A stretch of 64,000 nucleotides of DNA from positions 28,830,001-28,894,000 of the forward strand of contig NC_043021.1 in NCBI RefSeq assembly GCF_006345805.1. The letters are read 5' to 3'. The DNA comes from Octopus sinensis. Its lineage: Eukaryota. Position numbers and translations under genes: made by a program. Position 1 is the first letter of the stretch; the number at the start of each line of letters is the position of its first letter. A model generated the notes under the pieces. That model was given only the letters and a program-made list of their open reading frames with translations, was not told where the DNA came from and ran no database searches. Shown here piece after piece: positions 13,065-26,011 of the stretch.

Positions 13065-14404
13065 AGATGTGTGTGTATGTGTGAGTGTGTGCGTGTGCGT
13101 GTGTGTATGTGTGTGTGAGGCGAGATAAAAAAACAAAAAATATATGTATATGTTAGTGTGTGCATCTGTGTGTAGGCGTGTGAGGTAGGGCGAGGTAGGC
13201 ACAGCAGACAGTGGTCAGTAGTAAAAAAATGAAGGAAGTAGGAAGGGAGGGAGGGGAAGGGGTGGGGGCGTATGTAACGTGCCAGCGTGTGTGTTGAGTG
13301 GTAGTGTGTGTGTGTCCAGTGTCGTAGTTGTATGTATGGCGAGTAGATTTGAAGTGTGTGTAAGAGAAATGTATATATTTAAGCAAATGTGTGTGTGTGA
13401 GTGGGTGTATGTATGTGTGCGCGCGTGTGTAACAAAAGGGGGGGTTATAAGGAAAAAGGACTCCAGCTGAGGGGAAGATGGAAGAGTGGTCCCGCGGAGA
13501 CGGGCGTGGGAGAACCCAACGACAGGCGACGGCCCAAGAGACGAGCCGGAGATCTTGTCGGGTCCAAGAGCGAGGTGCATGCATGCGCGTATGCGTGCGC
13601 GATCCGGCGAGAGCGCGTGTGTGCGCGCGCCTAGGAGTGTGTGTGTAAGTATGTGTGTATGTGGATGTGTGAGTGTGTCTGTGTGTAAGTCTGGGTGTCA
13701 GTGTGTCCGATGAATGTATGTAAGTATGTGTGTATATATGTGTGTGCATAGATGTATGTCCGTGTGTGTGTGTGTGTGTATGTGTATGAGTGTGTATGTA
13801 TGTACGTGTGGGTGTGTGGAAGTGTGTGTATGTGCATGTGTGTGCGCGTACATACAGGTGTGTGAGTGAGTGTGTGTGTGTGTATGTATGTGTTAGTGTG
13901 TATGTATGTGTGTGTAGGATGCATGTATGTGTATGGGTGTATGTATGTGTGTGTGTATGTATGTATGTGTACGTGTAGGTGTGCGCGTGTGCATGCATGC
14001 ATGCATGTGCGTATGTGTGTGTGTGCATGTGTGTGGGTATATATGTATGTGCGTATATGTGTGTGTATGTGCGTACATGTGTGTGTGTGTATGCATGTGT
14101 GTGTATGTAGGTGTGTAGGCGTGTGTGTATAGGTGTATGTATGTAAGTATGTATGGGTGTGTCCGTGTATGTGTGTGTATGTAAGTGTGTGTAATATATG
14201 TATATATATATATGTATATATATATATGTATATATATGTATATATATATATATGTATATATATATATGTATATATATATGTATATATGTATATATATATA
14301 TGTATATGTTTATATATATATGTATATATGTATATGTATATATGTATATGTATATATGTATATGTATATATGTATATATGTATATGTATATATGTATATA
14401 TGTA
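13065..14404. repeat. Degenerate (TG)n/(TATG)n microsatellite with short unique inserts
   Basis: Direct inspection. Confidence 0.9.
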
Positions 14405-17400
14405 AGGACGCATGATGTGTGAACGAGGCTTGTTTGTATGGACGCATGATGTGTGAACGAGGCTTGTTTGTATGGACGCATGATGTGTGAACGAGGCTTG
14501 TTTGTATGGATGCATGATGTGTGAACGAGGCTTGTTTGTATGGACGCATGATGTGTGAACGAGGCTTGTGTGTTTGGACGCATGATGTGTTAACGAGGCT
14601 TGTTTGTTTGGACGCATGATGTGTGAACGAGGCTTGTTTGTATGGACGCATGATGTGTGAACGAGGCTTGTTTGTATGGACGCATGATGTGTGAACGAGG
14701 CTTGTTTGAATGGACGCATGATGTGTGAATGAGGCTTGTTTGTATGGACGCATGTTGTGTGAACCAGGCTTGTTTGTATGGACGCATGATGTGTGAACGA
14801 GGCTTGTTTGTATGGACGAATGATGTGTGAACGAGGCTTGTTTGAATGGACGCATGATGTGTGTACGAGGCTTGTTTGTATGGACGCATGATGTGTGAAC
14901 GAGGCTTGTTTGTATGGACGCATGATGTGTGAACGAGGCTTGTTTGTATGGACGCATGATGTGTGAACGAGGCTTGTTTGTATGGACGCATGTTGTGTGA
15001 ACCAGGCTTGTTTGTATGGACGCATGATGTGTTATCGAGGCTTGTATGTATGGACGCATGATGTGTGATCGAGGCTTGTTTGTATGGACGCATGATGTGT
15101 GAACGAGGCTTGTTTGTTTGGACGCATGATGTTTAAACGAGGCTTGTTTGTATGGACGCATGATGTGTGATCGAGGCTTGTTTGTATGAACGCATGATGT
15201 GTGAACGAGGCTTGTTTGTATGGACGCATGATGTGTGATCGAGGCTTGTTTGTCTGGACGCATGATGTGTGATCGAGGCTTGATTGTATGGACGCATGAT
15301 GTGTGAAGGAGGCTTGTTTGTCTGGACGGATGATGTGTGAACGAGGCCTGTTTGTATGGATGCATGATGTGTGAACGAGGCCTGTTTGTATAGACGCATG
15401 ATGTGTGAACGAGGCTTGTGTGTATGGACGCATGATGTGTGATCGAGGCTTGATTTTATGGACGCATGATGTGTGAAGGAGGCTTGTGTGTATGGACGCA
15501 TGATGTGTGATCGAGGCTTGTTTGTATGGACGCATGATGTGTGATCGAGGCTTGTTTGTATGGACGCATGATGTGTGAACGAGGCTTGTTTGTATGGACG
15601 CATGATGTGTGATCGAGGCTTGTTTGTATGAACGCATGATGTGTGATCGAGGCTTGTTTGTATGAACGCATGATGTGTGATCGAGGCTTGTTTGTATGAA
15701 CGCATGATGTGTGAAGGAGGCTTGTGTGTATGGACGCATGATGTGTGATCGAGGCTTGTTTGTATGGACGCATGATGTGTGAACGAGGCTTGTGTGTATG
15801 GACGCATGATGTGTGATCGAGGCTTGATTGTATGGACGCATGATGTTTGAAGGAGGCTTGTTTGTCTGGACGCATGATGTGTGAACGAGGCCTGTTTGTA
15901 TGGATGCATGATGTGTGAACGAGGCCTGTTTGTATAGACGCATGATGTGTGAACGAGGCTTGTGTGTATGGACGCATGATGTGTGATCGAGGCTTGATTT
16001 TATGGACGCATGATGTGTGAAGGAGGCTTGTGTGTATGGACGCATGATGTGTGATCGTGGCTTGTTTGTATGGACGCATGATGTGTGATCGAGGCTTGTT
16101 TGTATGGACGCATGATGTGTGAACGAGGCTTGTTTGTATGGACGCATGATGTGTGATCGAGGCTTGTTTGTATGAACGCATGATGTGTGATCGAGGCTTG
16201 TTTGTATGAACGCATGATGTGTGATCGAGGCTTGTTTGTATGAACGCATGATGTGTGAAGGAGGCTTGTGTGTATGGACGCATGATGTGTGATCGAGGCT
16301 TGTTTGTATGGACGCATGATGTGTGAACGAGGCTTGTTTGTATGGACGCATGATGTGTGAACGAGGCTTGTTTGTATGGACGCATGATGTGTGATCGAGG
16401 CTTGTTTGTATGGACGCATGATGTGTGAACGAGGCTTGTTTGTTTGGACGCATGATGTTTAAACGAGGCTTGTTTGTATGGACGCATGATGTGTGATCGA
16501 GGCTTGTTTGTATGGACGCATGATGTGTGAATGAGGCTTGTTTGTATGGACGCATGATGTGTGATCGAGGCTTGTTTGTCTGGACGCAGGATGTGTGAAC
16601 GAGGCTTGTTTGTATGGACGCATGATGTGTGAACGAGGCCTGTTTGTATGGACGCATGATGTGTGAACGAGGCTTGTGTGTATGGACGCATGATGTGTGA
16701 TCGAGGCTTGATTGTATGGACGCATGATGTGTGAAGGAGGCTTGTTTGTCTGGACGCATGATGTGTGATCGAGGCTTGTTTGTATGGACGCATGATGTGT
16801 GAACGAGGCTTGTTTGTATGGACGCATGATGTGTGAACGAGGCTTGTTTGTATGGACGCATGATGTGTGATCGAGGCTTGTTTGTATGAACGCATGATGT
16901 GTGATCGAGGCTTGTTTGTATGAACGCATGATGTGTGAAGGAGGCTTGTGTGTATGGACGCATGATGTGTGATCGAGGCTTGTTTGTATGGACGCATGAT
17001 GTGTGATCGAGGCTTGTTTGTATGGACGCATGATGTGTGATCGAGGCTTGTTTGTATGGACGCATGATGTGTGAACGAGGCTTGTTTGTATGGACGCATG
17101 ATGTGTGATCGAGGCTTGTTTGTATGGACGCATGATGTGTGATCGAGGCTTGTTTGTATGGACGCATGATGTTTAAACGAGGCTTGTTTGTATGGACGCA
17201 TGATGTGTGATCGAGGCTTGTTTGTATGGACGCATGATGTGTGATCGAGGCTTGTTTGTATGGACGCCTGATGTGTGATCGAGGCTTGTTTGTATGGACG
17301 CATGATGTGTGAATGAGGCTTGTTTGTATGGACGCATGATGTGTGAACGAGGCTTGTTTGTATGGACGCATGAGATGTGTGAACGAGGCTTGTTTGTATG

Positions 17401-20400
17401 GACGCATGATGTGTGAACGAGGCTTGTTGTATGGACGCATGATGGTGAACGAGGCTTGTTTGTATGGACGCATGATGTGTGAACGAGGCTTGTTTGTATG
17501 GACGCATGATGTGTGATCGAGGCTTGTTTGTATGGACGCATGATGTGTGAACGAGGCTTGTTTGTATGGACGCATGATGTGTGAACGAGGCTTGTTTGTA
17601 TGGACGCATGATGTGTGAACGAGGCTTGTTTGTATGGACGCATGATGTGTGAACGAGGCTTGTTTGTATCGACGCATGATGTGTGAACGAGGCTTGTGTG
17701 TATGGACGCATGATGTGTGATCGAGGCTTGATTGTATGGACGCATGATGTGTGAAGGAGACTTGTGTGTATGGACGCATGATGTGTGATCGAGGCTTGTT
17801 TGTATGGACGCATGATGTGTGAACGAGGCTTGTTTGTATGGACGCATGATGTGTGATCGAGGCTTGTTTGTATGGACGCATGATGTGTGATCGAGGCTTG
17901 TTTGTATGGACGCATGATGTGTGATCGAGGCTTGTTTGTATGGACGCCTGATGTGTGATCGAGGCTTGTTTGTATGGACGCATGATGTGTGAACGAGGCT
18001 TGTTTGTATGGACGCATGATGTGTGAACGAGGCTTGTTTGTATGGACGCATGATGTGTGAACGAGGCTTGTTTGTATGGACGCATGATGTGTGAACGAGG
18101 CTTGTTTGTATGGACGCATGATGTGTGAACAAGGCTTGTTTGTATGGACGCATGATGTGTGAACGAGGCTTGTTTGTATGGACGCATGATGTGTGATCGA
18201 GGCTTGTTTGTATGGACGCATGATGTGTGAACGAGGCTTGTTTGTATGGACGCATGATGTGTGAACGAGGCTTGTTTGTATGGACGCATGATGTGTGAAC
18301 GAGGCTTCTTTGTATGGACGCATGATGTGTGAACGAGGCTTGTTTGTATGGACGCATGATGTGTGAACGAGGCTTGTTTGTATGGACGCATGATGTGTGA
18401 ACGAGGCTTGTTTGTATGGACGCATGATGTGTGAACGAGGCTTGTTTCTATGGACGCATGATGTGTGAACGAGGCTTTTTTTTTGGGACGCATGATGTGT
18501 GACTGAGGCTTGTTTGTATGGACGCATGATGTGTGAACGAGGCTTGTTTGTATGGACGCATGATGTGTGATCGAGGCTTGTTTGTATGGACGCATGATGT
18601 GTGATCGAGGCTTGTTTGTATGGACGCATGATGTGATCGAGGCTTGTTTGTATGGACGCATGATGTGTGAACGAGGCTTGTGTGTTTGGACGCATGATGT
18701 GTGAACGAGGCTTGTTTGTTTGGACGCATGATGTGTGAAGGAGGCTTGCGTCTATGGACGCATGATGTGTGATCGAGGCTTGTTTCTTTGGACGCATGAT
18801 GTGTGATCGAGGCTTGTTTTTATGGACGCATGATGTGTGAACGAGGCTTGTTTGTATGGACGCATGATGTGTGAACGAGGCTTGTTTGTATGGACGCATG
18901 ATGTGTGATCGAGGCTTGTTTGTATGGACGCATGATGTGTGATCGAGGCTTGTTTGTATGGACGCATGATGTGTGAACGAGGCTTGTTTGTATGGACGCA
19001 TGATGTGTGAACGAGGCTTGTTTGTATGGACGCATTAGTGTGAACGAGGCTTGTTTGTATGGACGCATGATGTGTGAAGGAGGCTTGTTTGTATGGACGC
19101 ATGATGTGTGAAGGAGGCTTGTTTGTATGGACGCATGATGTGTGAACGAGGCTTGTTTGTATGGACGCATGATGTGTGAACGAGGCTTGTTTGTATGGAC
19201 ACATGATGTGTGATCGAGGCTTGTTTCTATGGACGCATGATGTGTGGACGAGGCTTGTTTGTTTGGACGCATGATGTGTGACCGAGGCTTGTTTGTTTGG
19301 ACGCATGATGTGTGAACGAGGCTTGCTTGTTTAGACGCATGATGTGTGATCGAGGCTTGTTTGTTTGGACGCATGATGTGTGAACGAGGCTTGTTTGTAT
19401 GGACGCAAGATTTGTGAACGAGGCTTCTTTGTATGGACGCATGATGTGTGAACGAGGCTTGTTTGTATGGACGCATGATGTGTGAACGAGGCTTGTTTGT
19501 ATGGACGCATGATGTGTGAACGAGGCTTGTTTGTATGGACGCATGATGTGTGAACGAGGCTTGTTTGTTTGGACGCATGATGTGTTATCGAGGCTTGTTT
19601 GTTTGGACGCATGATGTGTGAACGAGGCTTGTTTGTATGGACGCAAGATTTGTGAACGAGGCTTCTTTGTATGGACGCATGATGTGTGAACGAGGCTTGT
19701 ATGTATGGACGCATGATGTGTGAACGAGGCTTGTTTGTATGGACGCATGATGTGTGAATCGAGGCTTGTTTGTATGGACGCAAGATGTGTGAACGAGGCT
19801 TGTTTGTATGGACGCATGATGTGTTATCGAGGCTTGTTTGTATGGACGCATGATGTGTGAACGAGGCTTGTTTGTATGGACGCATGATGTGTGAACGAGG
19901 CTTGTTTGTATGGACGCATGATGTGTGGACGAGGCTTGTTTGTTTGGACGCATGATGTGTTATCGAGGCTTGTTTGTATGGTCGCATGATGAGTGAACGA
20001 GGCTTGTTTGTATGGACGCAAGATTTGTGGACGAGGCTTGTTTGTATGGACGCATGATGTGTGAACGAGGCTTGTTTGTATGGACGCATGATGTGTGAAC
20101 GAGGCTTGTTTGTATGGACGCATGATGTGTGAACGAGGCTTGTTTGTATGGACGCATGATGTGTGAACGAGGCTTGTTTGTTTGGACGCATGATGTGTGA
20201 ACGAGGCTTGTTTGTTTGGACGCATGATGTGTGAACGAGGCTTGTTTGTATGGACGCATGATGTGTGAACGAGGCTTGTTTGTATGGACGCAAGATTTGT
20301 GAACGAGGCTTCTTTGTATTAACGCATGATGTGTGAACGAGGCTTGTGTGTATGGACGCATGATGTGTGAACGAGGCTTGTTTGTATGGACGCATGATGT

Positions 20401-23400
20401 GTTATCGAGGCTTGTTTGTATGGACGCGTGATGTGTGAACGAGGCTTGTTTGTATGGACGCATGATGTGTGAACGAGGCTTGTTTGTATGGACGCATGAT
20501 GTGTGAACGAGGCTTGTTTGTATGGACGCATGTTTTGTGAACGAGGCTTCTTTGTATGGACGCATGATGTGTGAACCAGGCTCGTTTGTATGGACGCACG
20601 ATGTGTGAACGAGGCTTGTTTGTATGGACGCATGATGTGTGAACGAGGCCTGTTTGTATGGACGCATGATGTGTGAATGAGGCTTCATTGTTTAAACGCA
20701 TGATGTGTGAACGAGGCTTGTTTGTATGGACGCATGATGTGTGAACGAGGTTTGTTTGTTTGGACGCATGATGTGTGAACGACGCTTGTGTGTATGGACG
20801 CATGATGTGTGATCGAGGCTTGTTTCTATGGACGCATGATGTGTGAACGAGGCTTCATTGTTTAAACGCATGATGTGTGAACGAGGCTTGTTTGTATGGA
20901 CGCCTGATGTGTGAACGAGGCTTGTTTTTTTGGACGCATGTGTGTGAATGAGGCTTGTTTGTATGGTCGCATGATGTGTGATCGAGGCTTGATTGTATGG
21001 ACGCATGATGTGTGAACGAGGCTTGTTTGTATGGACGCATGATGTGTGAACGGGGCTTGTTTGTTTGGACGCATGATGTGTGATCGGGGCTTGTTTGTAT
21101 GGACGCATGATATGTGAACGAGGCTTGTTTGTATGGACGCATGATGTGTGAACGAAGCTTGTTTGTATGGACGCATGATGTGTGAACGAGGCTTGTTTGT
21201 TTGGACGCATGATGTGTGAACGAGGCTTGTTTGTTTGGACGCATGATGCGTGATCAAGGCTTGTTTCTATGGACGCATGATGTGTGAACGAGGCTTGTTT
21301 GTATGGACGCATGATGTGTGAACGAGGCTTGTTTGTTTGGACGCATGATGTGTGATCGAGGCTTGTTTGTATGGATGCATGATGTGTGAACGAGGCTTGT
21401 TTGTATGGACGCATGATGTGTGAACGAAGCTTGTTTGTATGGACGCATGATGTGTGAACGAGGCTTGTTTGTTTGGACGCATGATGCGTGAACAAGGCTT
21501 GTTTCTATGGACGCATGATGTGTGATCGAGGCTTGTTTGTATGGACGCATGATGTGTGAACGAGGCTTGTTTGTATGGACGCATGTGTGAACGAGGCTTG
21601 CTTGAATGGAAGCATGATTTGTGAACGAGTCTTCTTTGTATGGACGCATCATGGGTTAACGTGGCTTGTTTGTATAGACGCATGATATGTGATCGAGTCT
21701 TCTTGTTATGGACGCATGATGTGTGAACGATACTTGTTTGTATGGACGCATGATGTGTGAACGAGGCATGTTTGTATGGACGCATGATGTGTGAACGAGG
21801 CTTGTTTGTATGGACGTATGATGTGTGAACGAGGCTTGTTTGTATGGACGCATGATGTGTGAACGAGGCTTGTTTGTATGGACGCATGATGTGTGAACGA
21901 GGCTTGTTTGAATGGAAGCATGATTTGTGAACGAGGCTTCTTTGTATGGACGCATCATGGGTTAACGAGGCTTGTTTGTATGGACGCATGATGTGTGAAC
22001 GAGGCTTGTTTGTATGGACGCATGATGTGTGATCGAGGCTTGTTTGTATGGATGCATGATGTGTGAACGAGGCTTGTTTGTATGGACGCATGATGTGCGA
22101 TCGAGTCTTGTTGTTATGGACGCATGATGTGTGAACGATACTTGTTTGTATGGACGCATGATGTGTGAAGGAGGCATGTTTGTATGGACGCATGATGTGT
22201 GAACGAGGCTTGTTTGTATGGACGCATGATGTGTGAACGAGGCTTGTTTGTAGGGACGCATGATGTGTGAACGAGGCTTTTTTCTATGGACCCATGATGT
22301 GTGAACGAGGCTTGTTTGTATGGACGCCTGATGTGTGAACGATACTTGTTTGTATGGACGCATGATGTGTGAACGAGGCGTGTTTGTATGGACGCATGAT
22401 ATCTGAACGAGGCTTGTTTACATGGAGGCATGATTTGTGAACGAGGCTTCTTTGTATGGACGCATGATGTGTGAACGAGGCTTGTTTGTAGGGACGCATG
22501 ATGTGTGAACGAGGCTTTTTTCTATGGACCCATGATGTGTGAACGAGGCTTGTTTGTATGGACGCATTATGTTTTATCGAGGCTTCTTTCTATGGACGCA
22601 TGATGTGTGAACGAGGCTTGTTTGTATGGACGCATGATGTGTTATCGAGGCTTCTTTCTATGGACTCATGACGTGTGAACGAGGCTTGTTTGTATGGACG
22701 CATGATGTGTTATCGAGGCTTCTTTCTATGGACCCATGATGTGTGAACGAGGCTTGTTTGTAGGGACGCATGATGTGTTATCGAGGCTTCTTTCTATGGA
22801 CCCAAGATGTGTGAACGAGGCTTGTTTGTATGGACGCATGATGTGTGAACGAGGCTTGTTTGTATGGACGCATGATGTGTTATCGAGGCTTGTTTGTATG
22901 GACGCATGATGTGTTATCGAGGCTTCTTTCTATGGACCCATGATGTGTGAACGAGGCTTGTTTGTATGGACGCATGATGTGTTATCGAGGCTTCTTTCTA
23001 TGGACGCATGATGTGTGAACGAGGCTTGTTTGTATGGACGCATGATGTGTTATCGAGGCTTGTTTCTATGGACCCATGATGTGTGAACGAGGCTTGTTTG
23101 TATGGACGCATGATGTGTGAACGAGGCTTGTTTGTATGGACGCATGATGTGTTATCGAGGCTTGTTTGTATGGACGCATGATGTGTTATCGAGGCTTCTT
23201 TCTATGGACGCATGATGTGTGAACGAGGCTTGTTTGTAGGGACGCATGATGTGTGATCGAGGCTTTTTCTATGGACCCATGATGTGTGAACGAGGCTTGT
23301 TTGTAGGGACGCATGATGTGTTATCGAGGCTTCTTTCTATGGACGCATGATGTGTGAACGAAGCCTGTTTGTGTGGACGCATGATGTGAGAACGAGGCAT

Positions 23401-24821
23401 TTTTGTATGGACGCATGACTTGTGAAAGAAGCTTCTTTGTATGGACGCATGATGTCCGAACGAGGCTTGCTTGTATGGACGCATGATGTCTGAACGAGGC
23501 TTGTTTGTATGGACGCATGATGTGTGAACGAGGCTTGTTTGTATGGACGCATAATGTGTGAACGAGGCTTGTTTGTATGGACGCATGATGTGTGAACGAG
23601 GCATGTTTCTATGGACGCATGATGTGTGAACGAGGCTTGTTTGTATGGACGCATGATGTGTGAACGAGGCTTGTTTCTATGGACGCATGATGTGTGAACG
23701 AGGCTTGTTTCTATGGACGCATGATGTGTGAACGAGGCTTGTTTCTATGGACGCATGATGTGTGAACGAGGCTTGTTTCTATGGACGCATGATGTGTGAA
23801 CGAGGCTTGTTTGTATGGACGCATGATGTGTGAACGATGCTTGTTTCTATGGACGCAGCATGTGTGAACGAGGCTTGTTTGTATGGACGCATGATGTCTG
23901 AACGAGGCTTGTTTCTATTGACGCATGATGTGTGAACGAGGCTTGTTTGTATGGACGCATGATGTGTGAACGAGGCTTGTTTCTATGGACGCATAATGTG
24001 TGAACGAGTCTTGTTTGTATGGACGCATGATGTGTGAACGAGGCATGTTTCTATGGACGCATGATGTGTGAACGAGACTTGTTTCTATGGACGCATGATG
24101 TGTGAACGAGGCTTGTTTCTATGGACGCATAATGTGTGAACGAGGCTTGTTTGTATGGACGCATGATGTGTGAACGTGGCTTGTTTCTATGGACGCATGA
24201 TGTGTGAACGAGCCTTTTTTCTATGGACGCATGATGTGTGAAGGAGGCTTGTTTGTATGGACGCATGATGTGTGAACGAGGCTTGTTTCTATGGACGCAT
24301 GATGTGTGAACGAGCCTTTTTTCTATGGACGCATGATGTGTGAACGAGGCTTGTTTGTATGGACGCATGATGTGTGAACGAGGCTTGTTTCTATGGACGC
24401 ATGATGTGTGAACGAGCCTTTTTTCTATGGACGCATGATGTGTGAACGAGGCTTGTTTGTATGGACGCATGATGTATGAACGAGGCATGTTTGTATGGAC
24501 GCATGATGTGTGAACGAGGCTTGTTTGTACGGACGCATCTTGTGTGAACGAGGCTTGTTTGTATGGACGCATGATGTGTGATCGAGGCTTGTTCGTATGG
24601 ACGCATGATGTGTGATCGAGGCTTGTTTGTACGGACGCATGATGTGTGAACGAGGCTTGTTTGTATGGACGCTTGATGGGTTAACGAGGCTTGTTTATAT
24701 GGACACATGATGTGTGAACGAGTCTTATTTGTGTGGACGCATGATGTGTGAACGAGGCTTGTTTGTATGGACGCATGACGTGTGATCGAGACTTGTTTGT
24801 ATGGACGCATGACGTGTGAAC

Positions 24822-25222
24822 GATAGAGTAAATAGTAGGCTTAGAAAGAATGAGTCCGGGGGACTCATTTGCTTGAGAAAAGGTGCTACAGCATGGTCAC
24901 AGTCAAATAAATGAGACAAATATTGTCGCTGACGTAAAATGTGAGGGAGGTAACTCTAGAAAATATACAATTGAAGTACCTCCTACACTCATATCGGACG
25001 TCAAATATAAGGGAAGTAATTCTAGAAAATATTTATTTCAGTTATCTCCTATGTTCATAGGAGATAACTGAAATGAATATTTTCTGGAGTTAACTCCCTT
25101 ACATTTTACGTCAACGACTTACTTGTCTAATTCATTTGACTGTGCCCATGCAGCCGCACCGCCTCTTCTCAAGCAAATCGACCCCAGGACTTATTCTTTC
25201 TAAGCCTAGTACTTGCTCTATC
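24822..25222. mobile_element. Palindromic (MITE/foldback-like) core P0 inside the satellite
   Basis: Arm GATAGAGTAAATAGTAGGCTTAGAAAGAAT pairs imperfectly with ATTCTTTCTAAGCCTAGTACTTGCTCTATC; internal perfect 19-bp hairpin at 25035-25074. Confidence 0.7.
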
Positions 25223-25471
25223 GTTCACACGTCATGCTTCCATACAGACAAGCCTCGTTAACCCATCATGCGTTCATACAAACAAGACTCGTTCACACAT
25301 CATGCGTCCATACAAAGAAGCCTCGTTGGACGCATGATGGGTGAACGAGGCTTGTTTGTATGGACGCATGATGGGTGAACGAGGCTTGTTTGTATGGATA
25401 CATGATGGGTTAACGGGGCTTGTTTGTATGGACGCATGATTGATGAACGAGGCTTGTTTGTATGGACGAAT

Positions 25472-26011
25472 GACTTCTACCATAGGATGATTTCGACCAA
25501 AGGAGTCCGATAGAATAAATACAAGGCTTAGATACAATAAGTCCTGGGGTCGATTTTTTTGAGAAAAGGCGGGGCTACAGCATCAGCACAGTCAAATGAA
25601 TGAGACAAGTAGCGTCGTTGATGTAAAATGTAAGGGAGATAACTCTAGGAAACATTCCTTTTAGTTATCTCCCATATTCATAGGAGTTATAAATTGTGAG
25701 GAAGGTTACTCTAGAAAATATTCATATTAGTTATCTCCTATGAACATTGGAGATAACTGAAATAAATATTTTCTAGGGTTACCTCCCTTACATTTTACAT
25801 CACATATGAACATAGGTGATAGTTATAATGAAAGTTTTCGAGTTACGTCCCTTACATTTTACGTTAACGACGCTATTTGTTTCATTCATTTAATGTGTCC
25901 ATGCTGTAGCCCCGCCTTTTCTCAAGAAAATCGACGCCAGGACTTCTTCTTTCTAAGCCTAGTATTTATTCTATCGGTCTCCTTTATTCGGCCCGAAGCT
26001 ATGTTAGAAGT
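25472..26011. mobile_element. Palindromic core P1; near-identical copies start at about 26583 and 27734
   Basis: Long imperfect inverted arms, e.g. GATAGAATAAATAC...TTGAGAAAAGGCGGGGCTACAGCA versus TGCTGTAGCCCCGCCTTTTCTCAA...GTATTTATTCTATC. Confidence 0.75.
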
